From assembly GCA_963827235.1 (NCBI GenBank), contig CAWHAE010000015.1, forward strand, positions 32,001-96,000: a DNA stretch of 64,000 nucleotides. The letters run 5' to 3'. How positions within the stretch are numbered: the stretch's first letter is position 1; each line of letters starts with the position of its first letter. Made by a program: the position numbers and the translations under genes. Below the pieces are notes generated by a model, which saw only the letters and a list, made by a program, of their open reading frames with translations, did no database searches and was not told the DNA's origin. The stretch is from an uncultured bacterium (GTDB lineage Bacteria > Chloroflexota > UBA5177 > JANWHV01). Positions 31,482 to 40,381 of this stretch are shown here, one piece after another.

Positions 31482-32026
31482 CCAGTCGGTTGAGCGATGA
31501 GCGTCCTGTTCCAGTGCTTCTATCCTACCTATACCTTGAGACTTTCGCTAGTCCATCCGCCGGCCACTGCACGCTATCGAGGGTTGCTGGAATGGCGTGC
31601 GCCCGGGGTCCGGAATTGCCGTCTTGCCGTCGTCCTGCGCATCGGCTATCCGTCTTGGCTAGCCCGATTGGTCGTGCAATCGTCCATTCTCTATCGTGAC
31701 TTGCCTTCATCGATCATCATTGTTCTCCCAGCTTTGCCGGCCGGAATGTCTGCGATCTCTACAAGGATCACCTGTCCATAGTCCTGAACACACCTGAATG
31801 GGCTGGCCCATTGGGTTGACGTGTCCGTACCGTTGGTCATAAACATATACATCCGTTCCTGCTATCCATACTGGCCATCCAGAATTGGTGATTGGTTTCT
31901 TCCTAAAACTCGTCCACAGTACGCATGTGGCTTTACGGCAGTATGTTCGACGGGTTGCTTGCCCGCCTGCGTGCGGCGGTCTTGCCAAGCCACACCGGCC
32001 AGACAGTTTTGGGAGGCAGATTCGAA

Positions 32027-33967
32027 ATGCTATTCATGAAGTCTCACGGTGGCGCAAGGCTGGCGCTCAGCGCGGCCCTGGTCGCGGGAAGCATAATCGT
32101 CGCGACGCTGCCGCGAGCTCTTGCAGCTCCCGCCAGTTACAGCGCGACGGCGGCCATGGCAGGCGCGACCGCGGGACAGCTTGCCGCCAGCTCGCCGCTC
32201 AGCTTATCCTCCACGACTGTATCGGCCGGTGGTACGATCAACGCGTCATTCACCTTGCAGAACCAGGGCAGTGCGTCGGTCGTGGTCACCGGTGCTGCCT
32301 TTGCCACGCGCACGCCCAGCGGCGGCAACGCCGATTTCGGATGGACATGGAGCACCACGACCCTGGCACCCGGCCAGACCCTACCCATGCAGGGCAGCCG
32401 GACGTTCAGCGCCTCGGACGCCCTGGGCATGTGGACGATCTTCGCCAGCTATCGCACCAGCGATAACGTGTGGCACGACCTGGCGCCGACCCTCTCGCTC
32501 ACGGTGAGCGCACCGGCTCCGGCCGCTACGGCGACCAAGCCTGCGCCCACCGCCACGCAGCCGGCGCCCACGGCTACACTGCCCACCGTGGCTCAGCTCT
32601 CCGCCAGCTCGCCGCTCAGCTTGTCGTCGACGACGGTATGCGCCGGCAGTACGATCAACGCGTCGGTCACCCTGCAGAACCTGGGCAGCGCCTCGGTCGT
32701 GGTCACCGGTGCCGCCTTTGCCACGCGCACGCCCAGCGGCGGCAACGCCGATTTCGGATGGACATGGAGCACCACGACCCTGGCACCCGGCCAGACCCTA
32801 CCCATGCAGGGCAGCCGGACGTTCAGCGCCTCGGACGCCCTGGGCGTGTGGACGATCTTCGCCAGCTATCGCACCAGCGATAACGTGTGGCACGACCTGG
32901 CACCGACCCTCTCGCTCACGGTGAGCGCACCGGCTCCGGCCGCTACGGCGACCAAGCCTGCGCCCACCGCCACGCAACCTGCCCCCACGGCGACCAAGCC
33001 GGCGCCCACGGCGACCAAGCCGGCGGCGACTGCGACGCAGCCTGCGCCTACGGCCACCAAGCCGGCGCCCACGGCTACAGCCACGACAGTACCTGCGTCT
33101 GGTAGCACCATCGCGCTCGGCGCCACGATTCACGACAACGGCACCTACGTCGGGCCAAGCACCGGCCTCCTCGAGTGGTATACCAGCACTGTCGGCCGTA
33201 TGCCCGCCATGGTGAATGCCGGGGGCGCCGCGTCGCTGACCGCGGCGTTCGACCCCAGCCTCGGCAACTACCTGCTGAGCAAGGGCACGACGTTCATGTG
33301 GACCATGATGCCGTCGACGAGCGACGCATCCGTCACCAGCGGCACCTACGACAGCTACTTCAACACCTTCGCCAAGGCCGTCAAGTCCTGGGGCCACACG
33401 CTCTACCTGCGCTTCGCTCACGAGGCGAACGGGAACTGGTATCCGTACGGCACAGAGGGCAACCCCAGTGGCGATACCCCGGCGAACTACGTGGCCATGT
33501 GGAAGCACGTGCACGACATCTTCACCAACGACGGCGCCACGAATGTCAAGTGGGTGTGGTGCATGAATGTGACCAGCAGCGGTATGCCCTCGTACTCCTC
33601 GCTCTACCCCGGAGACAACTACGTGGATTGGGTAGCGCTGGACGGCTATAACTGGGGCACCGACAATGGCAACGCCTGGCAGTCATTCTCCAGCGTGTTC
33701 AGCACCTCGTACCAGCAGATCACGGCGCTGACGAGCAAGCCGCTGATGATCGCCGAGACCGGATCGGCGGAAGACGGCGGCAGCAAGGCGAGCTGGATCA
33801 CGCAGGGCCTGCTGACCACCATGCCGCAGTCGTTCCCACGCATCAAGGCGTTGCTGTGGTTCGACTGGAACACCGGACCCGACTGGCGCGTGAACTCTTC
33901 CGCTTCGTCGCTGACGGCCTTCCAGTCCGTGGTTGCCTCGCCGCTGTACAGCGGGTCCATGTCCTGA
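32027..33967 (+). CDS. Secreted GH26 glycoside hydrolase with two duplicated N-terminal beta-rich domains and a Pro/Thr linker
   Basis: Signal peptide; LRFAHEANGNWY, YPGDNYVDWVALDGYN, MIAETGS; PAPTATK repeats; SD gggagg. Confidence 0.9.
   Translation: MLFMKSHGGARLALSAALVAGSIIVATLPRALAAPASYSATAAMAGATAGQLAASSPLSLSSTTVSAGGTINASFTLQNQGSASVVVTGAAFATRTPSGGNADFGWTWSTTTLAPGQTLPMQGSRTFSASDALGMWTIFASYRTSDNVWHDLAPTLSLTVSAPAPAATATKPAPTATQPAPTATLPTVAQLSASSPLSLSSTTVCAGSTINASVTLQNLGSASVVVTGAAFATRTPSGGNADFGWTWSTTTLAPGQTLPMQGSRTFSASDALGVWTIFASYRTSDNVWHDLAPTLSLTVSAPAPAATATKPAPTATQPAPTATKPAPTATKPAATATQPAPTATKPAPTATATTVPASGSTIALGATIHDNGTYVGPSTGLLEWYTSTVGRMPAMVNAGGAASLTAAFDPSLGNYLLSKGTTFMWTMMPSTSDASVTSGTYDSYFNTFAKAVKSWGHTLYLRFAHEANGNWYPYGTEGNPSGDTPANYVAMWKHVHDIFTNDGATNVKWVWCMNVTSSGMPSYSSLYPGDNYVDWVALDGYNWGTDNGNAWQSFSSVFSTSYQQITALTSKPLMIAETGSAEDGGSKASWITQGLLTTMPQSFPRIKALLWFDWNTGPDWRVNSSASSLTAFQSVVASPLYSGSMS
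32177..32990 (+). repeat. Intragenic tandem duplication, 417-bp period
   Basis: Units start at 32177 and 32594 and are near-identical in DNA over most of their length. Confidence 0.9.
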
Positions 33968-34047
33968 CGCGCAGGCGAGTCGCCGAGCCCCTGCCTGCAG
34001 GCGTTGCGCGCACCGTTTGCACGGCACCAGGGCCGAGCACCGGACTG

Positions 34048-34094
34048 AACACCAAGGGACCGCCAAAGTTGCCGGTCCCTTGGTGTTTCCTTCT
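34048..34094 (+). terminator. Intrinsic terminator after GH26
   Basis: 15-bp stem aacaccaagggaccg/cggtcccttggtgtt followed by a pyrimidine tract. Confidence 0.7.
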
Positions 34095-34155
34095 CGGTCG
34101 ATCTGCTCGGCATGATCCGCGGTGCCGCACCGCTCTGCCGTACGCGCCCGGAGCG

Positions 34156-35250
34156 CTACCGCGACGGAGCGTAGCGGTACACGCCGTACTGCGTTGCGGC
34201 GAGGAGGGTGGGCGTGGCATCCGCCGATGCGCCGGCGAGTGCCAGGGCAAGAATCGTGTTCTGCGCGCCGATCAAGCCTCGGCCAAGCTGCTGCCAGGCG
34301 GAGGTTCCCTGCTTGACGTAGATGCCGTATCCCATGGTCCCGGCGTAGAGCAGCGGCGGCCCGTGGCCGGCAAGCGCCACCAGAGGCATTGCGTGCCGCT
34401 CAGGCAGTCCCTGGCTGATGTCGTGCCAGCTGCCCTCTGCAGGCCGTTCCCACACGCCGCCGCCCATGGTGGTCAGGATCACGGCAGGCGGCTGTGTGTC
34501 AAGAGCAAGGAGGGTCTCGGTCGGCAGCTCCGCGGGCAGTCCGCCGGCTGCCGCGTGCCAGGTGCTCCCGTCGTCGTCGCTGGCCATTACCGGGGGCGTG
34601 ACGCCGAACACGCTGGCCATGACGTGACTACCGGTTGCCGGAAACCAGACGATAGAAGAGATGGAGGCGTCATCCGTGCGCGCGGTACGCTTCCACTGCC
34701 ATCCGTGCGCGCCGCGGGCGCCGCGATAGAGCGCGCCGGACGTCCCTGCCAGGATCACCGGCGGCGCGTGCGCGACGGCGAGGCTGAATATCGGGGTGCC
34801 TCCGAGGGGGGAGCTCGCCGCTTGCCACGCAACGCTGCCGAGGATGCCGCCGGCGGCGTGGACCACGCCGTCCTCGTCGCCGGCATAGAGTGTCGTGCCG
34901 CCGGTGTCGACGGCCAGCGCAGTGATTACTCGGCCGCGCATGCCGGCGCGCTCCCAGGAAGTACCCGCGTCGAGGGATCGCCAGGCGCCGTCGTCGGTGC
35001 CGGCGAACAGCACGGCGGGGCGCGCGGGGTCTGCCAGCAGGGCGTTGGTCTGCTCCCGCAGTCCGGTAGCCGTCCACAAGCCGCCGGTCCGGGGTCCCGT
35101 CCACACCGCGGGCGTAGCCGGCCCCGCGCTTCGGTCGGCTACGCCCAGGACGGAGGCGAGGACGGTAATGAGCAGGAGCACGATGACTCCCAGCCGCTTG
35201 CCCCGGATGCCGTTCCACCCGGGCCCACCGTCTCCGTCACGTATCTTCAT
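34156..35250 (-). CDS. Membrane-anchored BNR/Ycf48-like beta-propeller protein
   Basis: N-terminal TM; Asp-box-like motifs SLDAGTSW and SDDDGSTW; repeated LYAGT strands. Confidence 0.75.
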   Translation of the reverse strand: MKIRDGDGGPGWNGIRGKRLGVIVLLLITVLASVLGVADRSAGPATPAVWTGPRTGGLWTATGLREQTNALLADPARPAVLFAGTDDGAWRSLDAGTSWERAGMRGRVITALAVDTGGTTLYAGDEDGVVHAAGGILGSVAWQAASSPLGGTPIFSLAVAHAPPVILAGTSGALYRGARGAHGWQWKRTARTDDASISSIVWFPATGSHVMASVFGVTPPVMASDDDGSTWHAAAGGLPAELPTETLLALDTQPPAVILTTMGGGVWERPAEGSWHDISQGLPERHAMPLVALAGHGPPLLYAGTMGYGIYVKQGTSAWQQLGRGLIGAQNTILALALAGASADATPTLLAATQYGVYRYAPSR

Positions 35251-35266
35251 CTGCAGCTTGAGGAGC

Positions 35267-36331
35267 TCAGCTCGCGTACGTCACGGAGGCCGTCTTCACG
35301 GTGGCCGAGACCACGAACTTGTCCCACATGCCGGCCAGTGCATGCCCGGGGACGCCGCAAATCAGCATGTACGTGCCGGCCTTGTTGGCCACGAACGTGA
35401 ATGTAGTCGGACCGCTCGTTCTCGGCGGGCGATTGCCGGCCGGCGGCCGGCCGGAGGACGAGCCGCCGGCGCCGGGCCGGAAGCCCGAGAAGGACGAGCG
35501 GGCGCCCGCGAAAGCCGGCGTGACGCTGTGGCTCGGCAACGCCCGCATATTGGGGATTACCAGCACGTCGTGCGGCGTGGTCGAGTCATTCTTGAACGTG
35601 GCGACCACCTTGGAGCCGAGTGGCACGGTCACGGTCATGCGGCCGTAGGCGCCGCCGTCGAAGTTGAAGCCGGCATTGGCATTGTTCCAATCCGCCACCA
35701 GGGTGAGGTCGACGACATTGCCCTTGGTCGTCACCCAGGTAGGCGTCTTCGAAGGCGGAGCGGCAGGCGCGCCGGTGGTGGCGAGGTCGGAGCCGTTGAA
35801 GGCGACGCTCGCGGTCTTGGCTGAAGACGATACGATCAGCGTGTCCCACATGCCGGCCAGCGCGTGGCCGGAAATACCGCATACGATCATGTAGGTGCCT
35901 GCTGTGCTTGCCACAAATGAGAACGCCTGGGCCGTGCTCGGCCGCGGCGCGCTGCCGGGGCGGAACTGAGGCAGTGGCGAGGCGGCGCCGGCAAATGCCG
36001 GCTTCGTGGCACCGCCGGGAAGTGCCTTCTGGAAGGGAATGATTACCGCGTCGTGCAGCGCCCCGGAGCCGGCGTTCTTGAACGTAGCATCCACCGTGTC
36101 GCCGAGCGGTATGGTCACCACCATCTGCCCGTGCGCGGCGCCGTTGAAGTTGAATCCGGCGTTGACGTTGTTCCAGCCCGCGATCAGCGTGAGGTGGACG
36201 ACCTTTCCCGTCGTGGTCACCCAGGTGGGTGCCTGGGCAGCCGCCCGCGCCCCGGCCGGGCCGACCAGGCCGGCAAGCACGGCTCCCGCGATCAGACCGC
36301 CCTGTATGCAGTGTGTTCTGGACCTTGGCAT
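35267..36331 (-). CDS. Secreted tandem sulfocyanin-like (cupredoxin) protein with two type-1 Cu sites
   Basis: Two homologous domains with GFNFNG/GFNFDG, an upstream His (LHD/PHD) and GTYM..C-G(I/V)(S/P)G-H-ALAG-M-W; signal peptide; SD ggagg. Confidence 0.85.
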   Translation of the reverse strand: MPRSRTHCIQGGLIAGAVLAGLVGPAGARAAAQAPTWVTTTGKVVHLTLIAGWNNVNAGFNFNGAAHGQMVVTIPLGDTVDATFKNAGSGALHDAVIIPFQKALPGGATKPAFAGAASPLPQFRPGSAPRPSTAQAFSFVASTAGTYMIVCGISGHALAGMWDTLIVSSSAKTASVAFNGSDLATTGAPAAPPSKTPTWVTTKGNVVDLTLVADWNNANAGFNFDGGAYGRMTVTVPLGSKVVATFKNDSTTPHDVLVIPNMRALPSHSVTPAFAGARSSFSGFRPGAGGSSSGRPPAGNRPPRTSGPTTFTFVANKAGTYMLICGVPGHALAGMWDKFVVSATVKTASVTYAS

Positions 36332-36446
36332 GCTACTGAAAACCTCCACTCCGGCGGCGAACACACCGCGCCGTTCGGGCAACATCGCCCGACCGTCACG
36401 CCGCCCACCGCCCACTCCACTCCTGTCACGGCCGCGCGACCATGAC

Positions 36447-36464
36447 TACTACACAAGCGTAGTA
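36447..36464. promoter_or_regulatory. Palindromic operator TACTAC-N6-GTAGTA (BlaI/CopY-like), copy 1
   Basis: tactac-acaagc-gtagta upstream of the sulfocyanin-like gene; same arms as the site at 37464. Confidence 0.7.
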
Positions 36465-36653
36465 AATCGTCCGGTAACGATCAATGGCTCCGGCCGAAGG
36501 GGCCGTACCCGAGATCCGATCCAGCCCCTCGGTCCGCCGATCCGCGGACCGAGGCCGTCGTGCCCGCCTCCCGACGTGCCCGGCATGGCTTCCATCCTCG
36601 CAAGACAACAACCCGCTGCATCACACTGTGCAGGGGTTCCGGCCGGACGCCGG

Positions 36654-37415
36654 CTACCGTGACGCGCCGGCGATACCGCCGGCCAGCAGCGAATACGACT
36701 GCTCACCCGAGTCGGCATAGCGAATGATGCCGTTCTTGTCGAGCACGTAGATCGTGGGGTAGCTGCTCACGCCGTATGTGTTGACCGTTGAGAAATTGGG
36801 ATCGATCAGTGTCGGGTGCTTGACGCCGAAGTTCTGGATAAACCAGCTGACGTCGGACTTGGACACGCCGCTGAGGTCGGTGCCGCCGCTCGTGTCGTAG
36901 TTGCGGCCGTAGGGACTGGAGAGCACGGCCAGCGTCTGCAGGCCCTTGGGGCCATAGTTCTTGTCGATCTGGTTCAGGATGCCGGACTCCGCCTGGCAGT
37001 ACGGGCACCAAACGGCGAAGAACTCGAGCAGCACGGGCCGGCCCTTCAGCGACGAGAGGCTGTAGCGTTTGCCGTCTATGGTCGAGAGCGTGAAGCCCGG
37101 CGCCGCGGTCCCGGTGCTCAGCAGCTGCCCGCTAGGGTTGTAGGCACTCGCGCTCACCAGGTCACCTGCCGTGCTCGTGGTGCTCCTGGTGGCCAGGATA
37201 GCGGCTGCGATGCCGGCGGCGATGAGCACCAGCAGGCCGGACGAGAGCAGCACGAAGCGCTTGCGGGCACGCGCCGCCGACGTCCGCCTCATATACCGGG
37301 AGCGCACCGGCTTGACGGGGGCTTGCAACGCCGATCGCCGGGTGGACAGGGTAGCCACACCGTCCTGCGTGCTGGTCGTTCGATCGCTTCTGGCGAGGCT
37401 CGATCGCTTGCTCAT
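36654..37415 (-). CDS. Membrane-anchored TlpA/ResA-family thiol-disulfide oxidoreductase
   Basis: TM anchor, APGFTL, EFFAVWCPYC, cis-Pro YPT..VLDKNGIIR. Confidence 0.88.
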   Translation of the reverse strand: MSKRSSLARSDRTTSTQDGVATLSTRRSALQAPVKPVRSRYMRRTSAARARKRFVLLSSGLLVLIAAGIAAAILATRSTTSTAGDLVSASAYNPSGQLLSTGTAAPGFTLSTIDGKRYSLSSLKGRPVLLEFFAVWCPYCQAESGILNQIDKNYGPKGLQTLAVLSSPYGRNYDTSGGTDLSGVSKSDVSWFIQNFGVKHPTLIDPNFSTVNTYGVSSYPTIYVLDKNGIIRYADSGEQSYSLLAGGIAGASR

Positions 37416-37463
37416 CTTGTCCTTCTCTGTCCGATAGCACCCAACCGGCATTTGGTGAATTTG

Positions 37464-37485
37464 TACTACGCAAATGTAGTATAAT
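37464..37485. promoter_or_regulatory. Palindromic operator TACTAC-N6-GTAGTA, copy 2, overlapping divergent -10 elements
   Basis: tactac-gcaaat-gtagta. Overlaps TATAAT (+, 37480-37485) and TATACT (-, 37483-37478, with TTGACG at 37505-37500). Confidence 0.75.
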
Positions 37486-37622
37486 TGACCCACAGAACGC
37501 GTCAAGACACGATGCCGGCCGGGCCGGTGGTTGTTTCTCTTCCTCTTCGTTCGTACGATCGAGGGGAACCAGGAATAGGCGGCCCCGCGTGGGCGGGCCT
37601 GCAGCGCACGAAGGAATCGCGA

Positions 37623-38057
37623 ATGGTGCGTCGCGGACGGCGGGATCGGCGTGACCTCGCCGTGCATGGCGAACAGAAGTATCTGGGCGAGCTGCAGGCA
37701 CAGATCATGGAGATCGCGTGGTCTCGCGCCGCCGTGACCGTGCGCGAGGTCATGGATGCCCTGGGCGCCGGCCGCGATCTGGCCTATACGACGGTCATGA
37801 CCGTGATGTCGCGACTGGCGGACCAGAGTATCCTCAGCCGCGAGCGCGTAGGCAAGACCTATGTCTACCGACCGGCCTGCTCGCGCGATGAGTTTCGAGC
37901 CGGCATCGCGGGCACCATCGTCAACGACTTGATCGTCGACTTCGGCGATCTCGCTCTATCGCAATTCGTCGACGCGCTCGAGCGTACGGATCCCGGTCGC
38001 CTGGAGCGCCTGCGCGTGTTCTTCAATGCCGCCGAGCAGACAGATGACCGTCCGTAG
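37623..38057 (+). CDS. BlaI/MecI/CopY-family transcriptional repressor
   Basis: LGELQAQIMEIAW..VTVREV..LAYTTVMTVMSRL..KTYVYRP. Confidence 0.92.
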   Translation: MVRRGRRDRRDLAVHGEQKYLGELQAQIMEIAWSRAAVTVREVMDALGAGRDLAYTTVMTVMSRLADQSILSRERVGKTYVYRPACSRDEFRAGIAGTIVNDLIVDFGDLALSQFVDALERTDPGRLERLRVFFNAAEQTDDRP

Positions 38058-39036
38058 GCCGTTTGCCGGTCTTCTGGCCGTGGCTGCTCTCGGCACGGCC
38101 CTTGCCGCCGCTCTGCTGCTGGTTGCTTTCCCTCCGCCCCCGCTCGGGGAGGCACTCAGACGCTGCTGCGAGTCCGGCAACTTCTGCTCCAGTCTGTTGC
38201 GATTCGGGCATCAGGTTGGTACGCCGCTCTTTCTCGCCCTGCTCCCCTGGTGCCTGCTCCGGGGACTGGGCCATGGCGCGCACCAGTGGTGGCTGACCCA
38301 CCGCGCCGTCGGGCGCCTGCGAGCGCGCGGCACTTGCGCGGTGACAGGCGAGGTGCAGGCGCTCTCCTCACGGCTCGGATTGCACCAGCGGCTGACCATC
38401 GTCGACATCGACGCGCCGCTCGCCTTCTGCCACGGCCTCTGGCGACCGTGTGTGTGGTTGTCGACGGGCATGCTGAATCTGCTTTCCATCCCGGAAGCAG
38501 CCGCGGTGCTGCGCCACGAGCAGGCGCACCTGCGTCTCCGGCACCCGTTGCAGCTCCTGGTAGCGCGCTCCCTGGCCGCCGCTTTCCCGTTCCTGCCCGT
38601 GCTGCGCGAGCTGACCGAGGCGGTCGTGCGCGCGCAAGAGCTGGCCGCGGATCGCGCGGTGATCGGTGCCGGCGAGCGCTATGCACTGGGACGTGCGCTG
38701 CTGGCTCTGGCTGCCGCGCCGAGAGCGACCGTGAGCGTTCCGGCCCCGAGCATGGTCGGTGCCCTGGATGCCCGGCTCGATCAGCTTACCGGCGTGAGCT
38801 CCGCGCCGCTGCAGCTCTCACGGCGCGCGCTGGTTCTTACCTGGCTGGCATTTGCGTTCGGCGTGCTACTGCTTCGCATGAGCAGCATGGCGCTGCCTCC
38901 GCAACACACGCTGCTCGGCCTGTTCGAGCTGCCGCCGGTGCGGCTCGCCGTATCCTGGCCCTGCCTGGCTGCCGCGTGTCTGCTGGCCGGCGCGCTGCAG
39001 GCGGCATCCCTGGCGATGGCGCGCGACCCATCCTAA
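38044..39036 (+). CDS. M56-family membrane metallopeptidase (BlaR1-like, no penicillin-binding domain)
   Basis: AFCHGLWRP..LSTG, HEQAH zinc motif, ELAADR; TM helices; overlaps the blaI-like gene. Confidence 0.88.
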   Translation: MTVRRPFAGLLAVAALGTALAAALLLVAFPPPPLGEALRRCCESGNFCSSLLRFGHQVGTPLFLALLPWCLLRGLGHGAHQWWLTHRAVGRLRARGTCAVTGEVQALSSRLGLHQRLTIVDIDAPLAFCHGLWRPCVWLSTGMLNLLSIPEAAAVLRHEQAHLRLRHPLQLLVARSLAAAFPFLPVLRELTEAVVRAQELAADRAVIGAGERYALGRALLALAAAPRATVSVPAPSMVGALDARLDQLTGVSSAPLQLSRRALVLTWLAFAFGVLLLRMSSMALPPQHTLLGLFELPPVRLAVSWPCLAAACLLAGALQAASLAMARDPS

Positions 39037-39415
39037 AGGCAAGCCACGCTGGGAACCACAACGGCAGCGCGCGCATACGATGTCCCACAATTCATCACAG
39101 GGACCTCGCTGCTGCCCTGCCGACCCACTGCGGCAGGTATCCCGATCCCAGCCTGGCGCTAGTGCCGGCGCGGCCATTCACCCCGAGCCCAGAGGGGCTG
39201 CGCCGACCGGAATCCCGTGCTATCCTACAAGAAGAGTGTCCAAACAGTTGAAGCAGTAATTTCCTCCATTCATCGCATCGCGCGCATGCCGGGCGGCAGG
39301 GTGATGGTTGCGCCGGCGGACCTCCAGGCAAACAGTGTTGGCCCCGCATACGGGGTTAGGGTGGGTATCGTCCAAGGTGAGTCAAGAATACGCAGCCCCT
39401 GCCGCTGGTCTCCAG

Positions 39416-40381
39416 ATGTCGCATGCCGATGCGAGCATCTCGGTGATCATTTGCGCCTATGCGGACGCGCGTTCCAGCCTGCTGGCAGCAGCAGTGCAGT
39501 CGGTTGGTGCCCAGAGCCTGCCCGCGTGTGAGATCATCGTGGTCGTCGATCACAACGCCGCGCTCCTCGCCTGGGTGCGTGCCGAGCTGCCCGGCGTCGT
39601 GGCACTGGCGAATTGCCACGATCGCGGCCTGAGCGGCGCCCGCAATACGGGAGTGGAGGCTGCGCGGGGCACGGTCGTGGCTTTTCTGGACGACGATGCC
39701 CTCGCGACTCCCGAGTGGCTGCTTCGCCTGCAGGTCTGCTACGAGGATGCGCGGGTAGTGGGCGCCGGCGGATCCATCTCGCCGCTGTGGGAAGCCGGCA
39801 GACCGACCTGGTTTCCGCCCGAATTCGACTGGGTGGTGGGCTGCACCTATCGCGGCATGCCCGCTTCGGTCAGCGCGGTCCGCAACCTGATTGGCGCCAA
39901 CATGTCCTTCCGGCGCGACGCCTGTCTGGAAGTGGGAGGCTTTCGCAGCGCGCTCGGCCGCGTGGGTGCTTCGGGAGCAGGCTGCGAGGAAACGGAGCTG
40001 TGTATCCGCCTCCGGCACCACGATCCGCGTCGCCTCGTGCTCTACGATCCACGCGCCCGGGTGCTGCATCACGTGCCGAGCGGCCGGACCCGACGCGAGT
40101 ACTTCATCAAACGCTGCCTTGGCGAAGGCCGCTCCAAGGCCCAGGTCGCATCCTCGGTAGGGGCCGGCGACGGGCTTTCGGCCGAGCGGGCCTACACACT
40201 CAGGACGCTCCCCTTGGGCTGCGCGCGAGGGGTGGCCGAAGGGGTCGTCAGAGGAGATGCTTCCGGGTTCGCCCGCGCGGGCGCCATCGCCGGGGGCCTC
40301 GCCGTCACGACCGTGGGCTACCTGAGCGGCCGGCTGCAGAGACGATCCGCGCCGGCGGAGATCCTCAATGGCGGCAAGTAG
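39416..40381 (+). CDS. Glycosyltransferase family 2
   Basis: ISVIICAY, GLSGARNTG, FLDDDA, GANMSFRR, CEETEL. Confidence 0.92.
   Translation: MSHADASISVIICAYADARSSLLAAAVQSVGAQSLPACEIIVVVDHNAALLAWVRAELPGVVALANCHDRGLSGARNTGVEAARGTVVAFLDDDALATPEWLLRLQVCYEDARVVGAGGSISPLWEAGRPTWFPPEFDWVVGCTYRGMPASVSAVRNLIGANMSFRRDACLEVGGFRSALGRVGASGAGCEETELCIRLRHHDPRRLVLYDPRARVLHHVPSGRTRREYFIKRCLGEGRSKAQVASSVGAGDGLSAERAYTLRTLPLGCARGVAEGVVRGDASGFARAGAIAGGLAVTTVGYLSGRLQRRSAPAEILNGGK

Noticed and set aside
31490-32020. Possible c-di-GMP or c-di-AMP riboswitch between the divergent GH26 genes
   Set aside because: I could not find the conserved core motifs on either strand; an Rfam scan would be needed.
32940-33090. 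Short tandem repeats (PAPTATK/Q)
   Set aside because: Ordinary Pro/Thr-rich linker of a secreted glycoside hydrolase.
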